Positions 9,211-18,765 of a DNA stretch of 64,000 nt are shown here, one piece after another. Below the pieces are notes generated by a model. The model searched no databases, had not been told where the DNA came from, and saw nothing but the letters and a program-made list of their open reading frames with translations. The position numbers and the translations under genes were made by a program. Each line of letters begins with the position of its first letter. Position 1 is the stretch's first letter. The DNA is from a virus (taxonomy: Duplodnaviria; Caudoviricetes): positions 1-64,000 of IMG/VR virus record IMGVR_UViG_2654587515_000001; one strand, written 5' to 3'.

Positions 9211-10385
9211 AGCAGCCTGAAATGACCAAAAACGTCCGCAATCAGGACAAAGAGTTTAACGAACGTCGCCGTAACCAGAAGGCCGAGCGCCAGTATGCAC
9301 GCAGAACGCTGTCACCGGCAGCGATCCGTGAAGCAATCCGCACCGGTGAGCTGCCGTTGTATCACTCGGTGTTGCTGGGTTCCAAGAAAGGCGGCGATCC
9401 CTTCACTATTGACGACATGCGAGCCTTTGACAAGGCGCGTAAGTCGACCTCGAAGAAGTGGGGCCGGACTCGTGGCGCCCCGCTGGATCAGCTGATTGTT
9501 GCCTCTCGCAAGATAGACGTACAACGCGCCAATACAGAGATCCAAGTCGCACGGCTCTATAAGGTCCGTGGTGATTTGCTGCACTTCAATGTCACAGCCT
9601 CGGGCAAACATGGCGAGGGGAGCTATCAGGTCCGGATCCGTCTTGAGAACTGGATGGAAGAGTTAACTCAGACGCAGCGTAGTTGGGCAGCTGCCGTAAA
9701 GCGTATCTGTTTGGGCAATGTCTCCATTGACTGTCAGTGTGGCCGTTATCAGTTTTGGTATCGCTATGTCGCCACAGCCGGAAACTTTGCCATAGCGCCC
9801 TATGAGAAAGACTTTCCGAAGGTCCGAAACCCCAAACTGACCGGTTGTTGCTGCAAACACCAGCTCAAAGCGCTGGGGGCGTTGAAATCGCCTACGGTAC
9901 AGGCCCAGCTCGCCAAGCAGCTTGAAGCGCAGGCCGAGAAAGAAGGCTTTGCCGGTGATAACACCGATTCGTTCCTGACCAAAGAAGACCGCGAGCAGTT
10001 AGAGCGTGCCCGTCCTCGTGATGTGGACAAAGCCGCTGCTATGCAGGTGATCAACAAAATGAAGCAGGCCAAGCGCGTCTTTAAGCGTCAGGTCAAAGAT
10101 CCGAAGTACATCAAGAAGCTGGAAAAAGAGGTCGCAGAGCTGCGTAAACAACTTGGTAAGCAGCAATCCAAGGTGTCCACCAGCAAAACGAGAGCGAAGA
10201 AAGCCGTTGAGCAGCGCCAGAAGCAAGCTCAGGGCGCAAACCGTGACCAATTGAAGGCAATGCTCAGGTCTGAGCTGGACAGGGCCAAGATGTACGGCGC
10301 AGACCGTGACAGCGCGGTGAAAGTCTTCGCCAAAATGAACAAAGTCCCACTGGCTGACGCCCAGAAACTCGCTAAGGACCTGTAA
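9207..10385 (+). CDS. P1 gp25-like tail protein
   Basis: CQCGRYQFWYRY...CCCKH SWIM-like Cys motif, basic coiled-coil C-terminus; synteny. Confidence 0.7.
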   Translation: MKQPEMTKNVRNQDKEFNERRRNQKAERQYARRTLSPAAIREAIRTGELPLYHSVLLGSKKGGDPFTIDDMRAFDKARKSTSKKWGRTRGAPLDQLIVASRKIDVQRANTEIQVARLYKVRGDLLHFNVTASGKHGEGSYQVRIRLENWMEELTQTQRSWAAAVKRICLGNVSIDCQCGRYQFWYRYVATAGNFAIAPYEKDFPKVRNPKLTGCCCKHQLKALGALKSPTVQAQLAKQLEAQAEKEGFAGDNTDSFLTKEDREQLERARPRDVDKAAAMQVINKMKQAKRVFKRQVKDPKYIKKLEKEVAELRKQLGKQQSKVSTSKTRAKKAVEQRQKQAQGANRDQLKAMLRSELDRAKMYGADRDSAVKVFAKMNKVPLADAQKLAKDL

Positions 10386-11125
10386 TGAGCAGAATAACCC
10401 CCATAGACCGCAGACGTGTGTTTGAACCTATCTACGCCGATCTGCAGAAGACATTAGACATTAACCCCAATGCGTTTGACTGCCTGCTCTTTAAAGCTCA
10501 GCTGAACGCCTTAGAACACATTGATGACAGTGATGTGGTCGGTAACTTAGAGGCTCGGGAGGAAACATTTTCTTATAGTAGCCCGACTATTACACGGGCC
10601 ATAGAATTGCTCAATGATGGTGATTCTATCCAAATGCTGGCGTTTGGTGACGGTACCGATGAAGGCGAAGAGGTCTTTCAGATGCTCATCAAAGAGCCAA
10701 ACGTGCCCGAGCAAAGCGTTATCTGGATTGAAGAGCAAATCGCTGATGAAGAAATACAGGTTCGCCTGCTCTACATCGTGAAAGCTGAGCCTATCGGTAA
10801 GAATGGATCTGGCGGTTTTAAGTACCACTTGATGCCGTTTGATGTTGGCAGTGACTTCCTGCCAGACAAATTTGAACCAGAAGCCGGCGAGCCGATTGAG
10901 TTCTTACCAAATCCGCACCCAGAGCCAAGTTTGACGGGTGTAGTGAACAAGCTGGCACAAGCTGCTAGCAAAGAGCAGATTGAAGCCCTACGCCAGCCGG
11001 TACCAACGGTGAGCGAGCAGGATGAAGTCAACGAAGAGAACCTGAACAAGCAGGCAACGGACCTTCAAGAGAAAGTGGGCGCCATTGCCGATATTTTTGA
11101 TGTATTCAAAGGGGATGAACAATGA
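10385..11125 (+). CDS. P1 gp7-like tail protein
   Basis: Size and synteny. Confidence 0.6.
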   Translation: MSRITPIDRRRVFEPIYADLQKTLDINPNAFDCLLFKAQLNALEHIDDSDVVGNLEAREETFSYSSPTITRAIELLNDGDSIQMLAFGDGTDEGEEVFQMLIKEPNVPEQSVIWIEEQIADEEIQVRLLYIVKAEPIGKNGSGGFKYHLMPFDVGSDFLPDKFEPEAGEPIEFLPNPHPEPSLTGVVNKLAQAASKEQIEALRQPVPTVSEQDEVNEENLNKQATDLQEKVGAIADIFDVFKGDEQ

Positions 11126-12045
11126 GTACCGATCCTAACGCGCCAGTCGATATCACGCTTACACCGGTAACGGGTGTGGATGATACGACCGTTACCGCGC
11201 CATCCCCGAGCGATATCACGACCCAGCCAGTTCAAAACAAAGTGTCGGTCCCGTCAGTGACGGCGCCGGCCTCTGTCGATTTTACACCAGTTTCAACCGC
11301 TGATGAGGTTAACGACGAGTCTCTGAACCGTACCGCGAAGACGTTACGGGATGACGTGAACGCTAAGCTGACCTCGTTTGCAAACTCAGTCTCGCTCATT
11401 CTGGGCCAGTTGGGGACCGAGCACAGCCTGCAGATCGCTGAAATCAACAGCAAGATGGCCGCATTGCGCGATTCCATCAATGCTGAGCTGGCAACCATTC
11501 GCACGGAGAACGAGCAGCAGAACGCTGACATGGCAACGGCCATTAACCAGCGTCTCTCCACGGTGATGTCTAACCTCACCACGCTATCCGGTGCCATCAA
11601 GAACAGCCAAGACAAGATCGCGGCCCTTGATGCGACCTATGCGACCGACTCAGATATTGCTGCCAAGGTGGCAACCATCAATGCCGCATTGGAGCAGTTG
11701 AACCAGACCGATACGGACGTGCTGCAGCAGATGCAGGAAACCGTCAATCTGGTGAACTCCATGCGCAAACTCAAAGAGAAAAACATCACCATTTCCAGCA
11801 CAGCCGGCACCTATGACTTTTTGACCGTGCAGGAAGGGATGGGGAGCTATGCACTGGCGACTGACTACATGGCTACGGCCACGGTAGAAGGCAATCCGCT
11901 GGTGGAGGCGTACATCACACAAAAACTCGCGGTGGGCTTCACCATTGAGTTGAAGTCCAAAGGGGTGCATTTCCGCCCTCAACCGCATGATGCCAGCGTG
12001 ACGCCCGTTTCTGTGCGTGTCACGTTGACCTCAACGCAGGGCTAA
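11122..12045 (+). CDS. coiled-coil fibre/whisker-like virion protein
   Basis: Long heptad region followed by a beta-rich C-terminal domain. Confidence 0.6.
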   Translation: MSTDPNAPVDITLTPVTGVDDTTVTAPSPSDITTQPVQNKVSVPSVTAPASVDFTPVSTADEVNDESLNRTAKTLRDDVNAKLTSFANSVSLILGQLGTEHSLQIAEINSKMAALRDSINAELATIRTENEQQNADMATAINQRLSTVMSNLTTLSGAIKNSQDKIAALDATYATDSDIAAKVATINAALEQLNQTDTDVLQQMQETVNLVNSMRKLKEKNITISSTAGTYDFLTVQEGMGSYALATDYMATATVEGNPLVEAYITQKLAVGFTIELKSKGVHFRPQPHDASVTPVSVRVTLTSTQG

Positions 12046-12047
12046 GC

Positions 12048-12245
12048 ATGGCAACGCCCCCTAAGCGTTATGGCGAGCTGGCAACCGAAGAGCAGGTTGC
12101 TAATGCCAAACAGGAAGCTCAAACCGGCATGGTCTCCAAGCTGGAATTTGAGCAGTTTAAGCAGGATCTGATGGCGACATTACAAGCCATCACTAAACAA
12201 AACAACGATGTTGCAGATCGTTTAAGTGGGAATACCAATGCATAA
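12048..12245 (+). CDS. small coiled-coil protein (fibre adaptor candidate)
   Basis: 65-aa heptad ORF inside the fibre cluster. Confidence 0.55.
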   Translation: MATPPKRYGELATEEQVANAKQEAQTGMVSKLEFEQFKQDLMATLQAITKQNNDVADRLSGNTNA

Positions 12246-12265
12246 ACAAACTATGGGAGGTTGCC

Positions 12266-12937
12266 ATGAGTGACCCAATATTTCAGGCGGTAGTCGAAAG
12301 TAACCGCCGTTTAACTGAAACAGTAGAGGGCAAAGTAGGGGAAATCGATCAGTCTGTAGCGGCCGCTCAGAAGACGTTTGATGATTTCATTAAAAATGCG
12401 GATAGCAAGTTCCAGTCTCTGATAAAAGGGAGTGGTAAGTTTTATGGCTCTCATGACATTATGTATGTCTGTCCTCCAGTCTATGTTGACCCTGCATTGG
12501 AGTCATATAAAGAAGGGCAATACAATGGCATTTTGCTTTGGCGAATTGGAGAGGGGAATGATGACAAGCGGATAGGCTCAATTGGCCTTCAGGGTGATGT
12601 CATTCTAACTCGATACGGCTATGAATCTTTCCAAAAGGGTGAGTTGCGTGCTCTGCGTCAATACAGCTCATATTATTCATTTATTGAATCTGGCTTAAAT
12701 GTAGCCCTCGAAACAATGACGGTTGATGGCATTGAATATCGAGTGCTCACTTCCAACATGTCAGGTGGCGGAACTGTGATTTTAGACGGTCTTTTATCCT
12801 TTAGGGGGTATGGGGTGTCTGGTGACTCAGGCAGCATCCGTGATGAAAACTTTGGTCGCTATGTCAATACCAAGGACGGCTCTGTATATAACCATTACGC
12901 GCCAATAGCGTCTCTTCCATACGATGATGGTCTGTGA
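12266..12937 (+). CDS. tail fibre/receptor-binding protein candidate
   Basis: N-terminus ESNRRLTETVEGKVGEIDQSVAAA typical of short phage fibre proteins; more AT-rich than flanks; followed by fibre chaperone. Confidence 0.65.
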   Translation: MSDPIFQAVVESNRRLTETVEGKVGEIDQSVAAAQKTFDDFIKNADSKFQSLIKGSGKFYGSHDIMYVCPPVYVDPALESYKEGQYNGILLWRIGEGNDDKRIGSIGLQGDVILTRYGYESFQKGELRALRQYSSYYSFIESGLNVALETMTVDGIEYRVLTSNMSGGGTVILDGLLSFRGYGVSGDSGSIRDENFGRYVNTKDGSVYNHYAPIASLPYDDGL

Positions 12938-12945
12938 GGTAACAT

Positions 12946-13200
12946 ATGATTAAAGCAGAATACTATGGCTCTAAAGAATCAGAAGAGTACCAGGTTTTTT
13001 TAGAGAATTACTGGGGAATGGTCCGCCAAAAACGGGATGAATTGATCGCAAAAACAGATTGGACGCAAGTTCCTGACGTGCCTCTAACAGAGAGTAAAAA
13101 GACTGAATTTGCTAATTACCGTCAATCATTACGCGACATTCCGCAAAACTATAGCCACCCTGATGATATTGTGTGGCCTGATATGCCGGCGGAAGCCTAA
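12946..13200 (+). CDS. phage tail fibre assembly chaperone
   Basis: W..VRQKRDELIAKTDWTQVPDVPL...YRQSLRDIPQ...WP motif. Confidence 0.85.
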   Translation: MIKAEYYGSKESEEYQVFLENYWGMVRQKRDELIAKTDWTQVPDVPLTESKKTEFANYRQSLRDIPQNYSHPDDIVWPDMPAEA

Positions 13201-13228
13201 CATTTCCCTGTAAGGGATCTCGAAATCG

Positions 13229-13259
13229 AAAAGGGGTAGCGTTGTGCTATCCCTTTTTT
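13229..13259 (+). terminator. rho-independent terminator
   Basis: AAAAGGGGTAGC-GTTGT-GCTATCCCTTTTTT. Confidence 0.75.
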
Positions 13260-13272
13260 ATTGGGTAGTACC

Positions 13273-14004
13273 ATGACCGAGATTACTGAAAAGAACGACA
13301 TTACCGATTTTTACCCCGTCGACGTGGCCTTTGGTGGTCACATCGTAGATGCATTGGCAGAGCTGGATCCGGAAAGCTGTCCGCATCATGTGAAAGCCTT
13401 CCTTCAGCGTGATACTAAGCAACAGGTATTCCGTGGTGATTATGACTCACCTAAAGCCTTTATTCAGGCTATCCGTCAGTTTCAAAAGCAGACGGGTAGT
13501 GATGGCGAGCGTAAATTTAATGCAGCACGCCTGCCGCTCATTAACTATTATCGCCCAATCGGATTCCGCAGTGCGTCCGCTGAATATGCGCAGTTCGTAG
13601 AGAGCGTTACCGGTTGGGATGACGCCCTGCTCAAAAAGACCAATATCAGTATCAGCTATCTTGAGCTGACCTACCGCATCGTGTTTATGGCCAATGATAA
13701 GGCGTCTGTAGAGCGTTTGGTGCTGGCGTGGCACATGCACATAGCCCGTCGCCGCGCTGGTGGCCATCGCTTCAACGTGACGTACTCACTGTTTGGCGAA
13801 GATATCGACTTACCGATCACAATAGAAGACTCTCAGACGATTGAGGCGAACAATTTAAGCCACAACTACGCGGATGGTCGTCTGTATGCAGTGGATGTTG
13901 AGCACAAGGTTAATGCGCCTATCTTGTATGGGAAAGGTGTAGGCCATATCAGTCCGATCCGTTGGAAGATTGAGTTCAGACCGCTTGAAGAGGTGTTCTC
14001 GTGA
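13273..14004 (+). CDS. P1 gp24-like baseplate/tail completion protein
   Basis: Size and synteny. Confidence 0.65.
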   Translation: MTEITEKNDITDFYPVDVAFGGHIVDALAELDPESCPHHVKAFLQRDTKQQVFRGDYDSPKAFIQAIRQFQKQTGSDGERKFNAARLPLINYYRPIGFRSASAEYAQFVESVTGWDDALLKKTNISISYLELTYRIVFMANDKASVERLVLAWHMHIARRRAGGHRFNVTYSLFGEDIDLPITIEDSQTIEANNLSHNYADGRLYAVDVEHKVNAPILYGKGVGHISPIRWKIEFRPLEEVFS

Positions 14005-14996
14005 GTCGTCATGAGCACCAGCTGGTCCAGTCCATCGTCTATCACGGCGATCAACGTGAAGAACTGGACCTGTCTTTTTTGCTTGAAGCGACGTTCGTTG
14101 AAACCACCACGTTAGACGGGCCAAAACTCATTATCGAATACGACGATAAAGAGCAGTACCTGCGTGATGATTTGGCGATTAAGGAAAAAGCGGTGTTTAC
14201 CGTGGTGTTGTCCGATCCTGTCAATCAGGATGCACTCAACTGGGAAACGCAATGGATAGTCATGACGATGCCGGTCAGCGAGGGCGGCGCCATCACGTTT
14301 AACCTGCTTTTAAAGTCGCTCCATGACCTAAAGCAGCCGTCGCCCAGTGCCCGTTGCTTCGTCAAAGAGCCAGTCAGTAAGGTGTTGCGCCAACTGGCCC
14401 CAGACATGCCGCTCGATGTCGGTACGTTCCCTATCCGGTTGGACTTTCATTTGCTGCCGGCGCAGCGTCCATCACGCCTGATTAGGCAGATGGCAAAAGA
14501 GCTGGGCGCATTGGTGTTTATCCGTCGCGGCACGCTGGTATTTCGCACGCTCAAAGAGCTGCAGGAACGAGCGCCGACTTACTTGTATCACTACAACGAC
14601 ACGCGCCAGCAATACCAAATATCACAATACACAACGCCCAATGACAGCTCACTGATTGAAGATCTCACCCAGCGCCGGTTTGTGGGGTGGGATGACAAAA
14701 AAGGCATGGTCTATTCCGGTAAACACTCGGCAGCGCCCATCGAGCATTCAGGCATAACCAGCCGGTTTGTGTTGGACAACCTCAGCAAGATCCCCATTCC
14801 GGTTCTGGACGCCTACATGTTTGGTAATGGTGGTCTCAGGGCAGGGGATGCGATCGAGATTATCTGGAACCGTTCAGATTTAGAAAGGCCAATAGATGAA
14901 AGCCTGCCAACGCTGGTGGTTATTGGTCTGGTGGCGCATAGCTACAAGGGTAAAAAGTATTACAACCGTATCAAAGGGATACTGGATAAACACTAA
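14001..14996 (+). CDS. P1 gp6-like baseplate hub protein
   Basis: 331 aa directly upstream of the spike gene; synteny. Confidence 0.7.
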   Translation: MSRHEHQLVQSIVYHGDQREELDLSFLLEATFVETTTLDGPKLIIEYDDKEQYLRDDLAIKEKAVFTVVLSDPVNQDALNWETQWIVMTMPVSEGGAITFNLLLKSLHDLKQPSPSARCFVKEPVSKVLRQLAPDMPLDVGTFPIRLDFHLLPAQRPSRLIRQMAKELGALVFIRRGTLVFRTLKELQERAPTYLYHYNDTRQQYQISQYTTPNDSSLIEDLTQRRFVGWDDKKGMVYSGKHSAAPIEHSGITSRFVLDNLSKIPIPVLDAYMFGNGGLRAGDAIEIIWNRSDLERPIDESLPTLVVIGLVAHSYKGKKYYNRIKGILDKH

Positions 14997-15018
14997 CTAA
15001 GTATTTAAAGGGTATTCA

Positions 15019-15804
15019 ATGGATAATCCAGCCGATCTCCTGCTCCAACGGCCAGAGCTAGAAGCTGTGGTGGTCAGCGTGCAGGACCCAGAGAAACAAA
15101 TGCGCGTGCAAGTGCGCGTGTTTGGTGTGTTTGACGATGTGCCGGATGACAAGCTGCCATGGGCAACGTATAAGCTGCCAGTCGGCGCCCGAGTCGGACA
15201 GGGTGACTTTACACCGGTTCAGACGGGCGATCTGGTGTGGGTGGATTTTCCTTATTACACCCATGGGCGCAAAGATACACGACGCCCACGGATCACCGGC
15301 TCAGTGCATCATAACCCTGATGGTATTCCGAACCTGCCCCCTGAAGCATTTGAAGGTGAAGGACGATACCAGCACAAACGTAGCCACAAAGAACCCAAGC
15401 CATCGCCGCAGGGCTACCACGAAAGCAAGGTGTATATTCTTCACGGCATGATGTTCGAGGTGGAAAAGGACAGTGTGTATCGAGTAACCCACATGCCAAC
15501 AGGGACCGCCTTTGAGTTTGATGCGCGTGGACACTCCATTTTGCACGTTGAAGGCGACAGCCACCATTCAACCACGGGTGATATGGAAAATCATGCCGGT
15601 GGAAACATCAACAATGAAGCAGGCGGCAACCTGACAGAAAAGGTTGGGGGATACTGGCGAATCAATGTATCCGGCTCGGCGCATATTGATGCGAAAAGCA
15701 TTCACCTCAATAAAGGCAAAGGCGTTGTCACCGGTGATCACCTTTGCTCTTTTACCGGTAAGCCTCATTCTGATTTCTCAACACAAGTGACAGCGGGTAA
15801 ATAA
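15019..15804 (+). CDS. baseplate spike (P1 gp5/gpV-like)
   Basis: OB-fold start DPEKQMRVQVRVFG...P..GDLVWVDF...PRITG, then beta-helix-like repeats. Confidence 0.85.
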   Translation: MDNPADLLLQRPELEAVVVSVQDPEKQMRVQVRVFGVFDDVPDDKLPWATYKLPVGARVGQGDFTPVQTGDLVWVDFPYYTHGRKDTRRPRITGSVHHNPDGIPNLPPEAFEGEGRYQHKRSHKEPKPSPQGYHESKVYILHGMMFEVEKDSVYRVTHMPTGTAFEFDARGHSILHVEGDSHHSTTGDMENHAGGNINNEAGGNLTEKVGGYWRINVSGSAHIDAKSIHLNKGKGVVTGDHLCSFTGKPHSDFSTQVTAGK

Positions 15805-16004
15805 TGGCGCTCAGTGACAGCACTCTCAAAGGCATGATTAAATCCAACCTTGAAGGATTTGGGTTTTTGGCTAACCAGCACGGCAAGATGGATGAACTCG
15901 CAGAAGCCATCGCAAAAGCGGTTGTCGAGCACATTACCTCTTCCGGTGAAGTGATCGTGAAAGGCGGCGGCTCTTATGGCGGCGAAAAGGCGAAGATTGA
16001 ATGA
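15804..16004 (+). CDS. small spike-associated protein
   Basis: LAEAIAKAVVEHITSSGEV motif common downstream of gpV genes. Confidence 0.65.
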   Translation: MALSDSTLKGMIKSNLEGFGFLANQHGKMDELAEAIAKAVVEHITSSGEVIVKGGGSYGGEKAKIE

Positions 16005-16291
16005 ATACGAACGGTTTGGATGCGCTGCTTAAAGAAAAGCAGTCGGGTATGTCTTTCCCTGAAATCACCAAAGAGGACGAACGCAAGGCCCGTAACATGA
16101 TGGCTGGCAGTATTACTCCAATTACGGTCTGTAATGACTGTGGTTCAGTTGAAATTATGCACCGTTTAGGCTGTCGCTGCAGTTGGTCACAAAATGTGAA
16201 ATGGTTATTTACTGATTCGAGCGGTTCGCAGCTTAAACATGGCAGAGATTTCCTGTTTATCGAAGATAGACCGCTCACGGCATACACCTAA
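16001..16291 (+). CDS. hypothetical Zn-ribbon protein
   Basis: CxxC...CxC; overlaps previous stop codon. Confidence 0.55.
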   Translation: MNTNGLDALLKEKQSGMSFPEITKEDERKARNMMAGSITPITVCNDCGSVEIMHRLGCRCSWSQNVKWLFTDSSGSQLKHGRDFLFIEDRPLTAYT

Positions 16292-16310
16292 ATCGTTTTT
16301 CTCTTTCCCT

Positions 16311-16338
16311 AAAAAAGCGCCGTTTCTGGTGCTTTTTA
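16311..16338 (+). terminator. rho-independent terminator
   Basis: AAAAAAGCGCC-GTTTCT-GGTGCTTTTTA. Confidence 0.75.
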
Positions 16339-16587
16339 TGTTGTCATAAACATGCTATTAGCACGATTTAGCAATTAACCTATTTTCGCTTCACTTTTCC
16401 CCTTGCTCTATGTGCCCTCTCTACTTGCTAAAAATCGGTTGTGTAAATTAGAAGTGCCGACCGCCAAGCCCCCGATAACTAAAATTTTTGTGTTGATGCT
16501 GGGTATCTCCCCCCTTGTTAGCCTCTTTGCTGAAAAACCATGTTTGAAGCACCAAAGCCGGTGCGCAAGTCCAATAAGGAAGAGACA

Positions 16588-18186
16588 ATGGGAACTCCTA
16601 GCACAGAACAGGCGTACCGCGATCAGGTCGCTACAATCAACAACAACGCTTCGCAGCTTGCGCGACATATTATCGATCCGCAGATGGATAATGGTGAGAT
16701 TATCACTGACAGTGCCGCTCGCAATGAAGCCATCATTCAAAGCCTTGACGGTTCAATCTTTGATAATGCCGGTGAAATGTCAAAGATGGTTGCAGGCTCT
16801 GCCGCCAACGCGGTCCGTCACTACCACTCAATGCATGGTGAAATGCCGTCAGCTGAGCTGATGTCGTCAATGCACAACAGTATTGAGAATATGCTGGATC
16901 CGAACACTGAAAACCCTCATCTACGCGCGATTCTCGATAGTGCCGGTGACGGTTCAATGAGTGCTTCTGAAGGCATCATTCAGCGTAACCGCATGGTTGC
17001 TCTGGTTGTACCGGTGCAGCTGATGATGATCACCAACGACATGGTGACGCACATTCCGGCGAACTATAACAAGTCTGAAATCTTCCGCATCAACCGTGTG
17101 GCCGGCTCAACGTTTGGCGACCTAAACGAAGGCGATTTGATTGACGTCGATTTCAACGGTCAGTATGCGTCCATGGACCAACGCCACCAAATCGGCAGCG
17201 GTGACGGCACAGCCGTTGATTTTAACTTCGATATCGCCGCCAAAGCGAAGGCAATGCCATTTGTGAAAGGCAAGGTCCGTATTCTGGTTGATCGTATGCC
17301 TGTTGGTGGTGATGACGGTAAAGGCGGCATCTTCGGTAAATTCACTGACGCAGACGGTGACACGGTAACATTTACCGGTACGGTGAATTATCAAGTTGGT
17401 CAGCTTGCGGTGAAGTTCTCCAAAGCACCGAAGACCGGCATCGAGATCCATACCATTGCAGACATCTCCATTGAGAAAGACCCGTCTCTGATCCCGACCG
17501 TTGAGCACGAAATGGTGAGCTACGAGCTGTTCCCGCACGAATCTGCGCTGGTTAGCTCTAACTCTATTCAGTCTCAGTTCACTGGTAAGCGCGAATACAA
17601 CATTGATATCGCAGGTATGCAGCTGGCAACCGCTCGTAACCTGATGGCAGCGGACAAAGACCGCAAACGCCTGAACGATATCTACTTCTACGCGAAAGGC
17701 GAGAAGACATTCGACCTGACGATTCCGTCTGGCCTGTCTTACCGTCAGCACTACGAAATGATCCAAACCACGCTGTTGGCAATTTCTACCGAGCTGATGA
17801 ACCGCACCAAGCGTAGCGGTCTGGTGGGTGTTGTTGCTGGCCGTGAAGCGTCTCGCGTTCTGAAATCGCTGGGTGCGCCGCACATGGTATACGCACCGAA
17901 CTACCGCCAACTACCACAGCCGCACTATGTGGGTACCGTGTTTGGCTACAAGTTCAAAGAAGACCCGCACATGGCGGACCCATGGCGCGTGCTGTGTTAC
18001 GCCAAAGGCCGTGAGCACGGTGATGCTGGTTATGTGGCGGGTGATGCGATTTCAGCGATCAACTACGCACACAGCATCGGTCGCAACCTGAAGCACGAAA
18101 ACACGCTCTACGAGCTGGCTTATCGTGATCTCCACCCGCACAACGGGCGCGATTGGTTCATGTGGTTGCGATTCACGCCTCAGTAA
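16588..18186 (+). CDS. major capsid protein (P1 gp23-like)
   Basis: About 532 aa from ATG after AAGGAAG; precedes sheath as in P1; late motif upstream. Confidence 0.88.
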   Translation: MGTPSTEQAYRDQVATINNNASQLARHIIDPQMDNGEIITDSAARNEAIIQSLDGSIFDNAGEMSKMVAGSAANAVRHYHSMHGEMPSAELMSSMHNSIENMLDPNTENPHLRAILDSAGDGSMSASEGIIQRNRMVALVVPVQLMMITNDMVTHIPANYNKSEIFRINRVAGSTFGDLNEGDLIDVDFNGQYASMDQRHQIGSGDGTAVDFNFDIAAKAKAMPFVKGKVRILVDRMPVGGDDGKGGIFGKFTDADGDTVTFTGTVNYQVGQLAVKFSKAPKTGIEIHTIADISIEKDPSLIPTVEHEMVSYELFPHESALVSSNSIQSQFTGKREYNIDIAGMQLATARNLMAADKDRKRLNDIYFYAKGEKTFDLTIPSGLSYRQHYEMIQTTLLAISTELMNRTKRSGLVGVVAGREASRVLKSLGAPHMVYAPNYRQLPQPHYVGTVFGYKFKEDPHMADPWRVLCYAKGREHGDAGYVAGDAISAINYAHSIGRNLKHENTLYELAYRDLHPHNGRDWFMWLRFTPQ

Positions 18187-18255
18187 TCGCACTGGTTTCA
18201 CTGGGTGCCGCTTCATTGCGGCGCCCACGTCACTTAACTAAGTAGGAATTTGTCT

Positions 18256-18759
18256 ATGGCAACCACAAAAACAAACACCCGCACTACCCGTAAACCAGCA
18301 ACCAGCAACAAAACCACTGAGACCACTGACGACAAGTCAACTGGTACAGATGAAACGGTTGTCACTGGCGAAGCTGGCGCAACAGGTGCAGGTGATGCCG
18401 GCGCTGGCGATACGAATACCGGCACTGGCACCGAAGGGGCCGGAGAAGAATGCTCAGAGTCTGGCGATACATCTACAGGTACCGACGGTGACAATGCCGG
18501 TGCAGAAGGTGGTGAATCAACAGGCGCCACTGATACCGGCGCTGGCGACGTACCAGAGGGTGATGATTCTGCCCTTGAAGTGCTAATGACCAATAACAGC
18601 GTTTCTGGTCACGAAATTTTGCGTGCTGACGGCAGCATTTTAGCTATCAACGGGCACTGCAAAGATTTATCCATCACGACAAATAAAGAAGAGCTGATCG
18701 CTATTCAGTCCGCTCTTGCTGATAAGCCGTGGGTGGAAATCAAACTTAAAGCGGAGTAA
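18256..18759 (+). CDS. acidic low-complexity virion protein (head decoration candidate)
   Basis: T/K-rich N-terminus and G/D/E/T-rich linker; lies between capsid and sheath genes. Confidence 0.6.
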   Translation: MATTKTNTRTTRKPATSNKTTETTDDKSTGTDETVVTGEAGATGAGDAGAGDTNTGTGTEGAGEECSESGDTSTGTDGDNAGAEGGESTGATDTGAGDVPEGDDSALEVLMTNNSVSGHEILRADGSILAINGHCKDLSITTNKEELIAIQSALADKPWVEIKLKAE

Positions 18760-18765
18760 TTCAGC

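Noticed and set aside
18203-18226. GC-rich hairpin after the capsid gene as an intrinsic terminator or ncRNA
   Set aside because: No U-tract; more likely an mRNA stabilising or processing stem.
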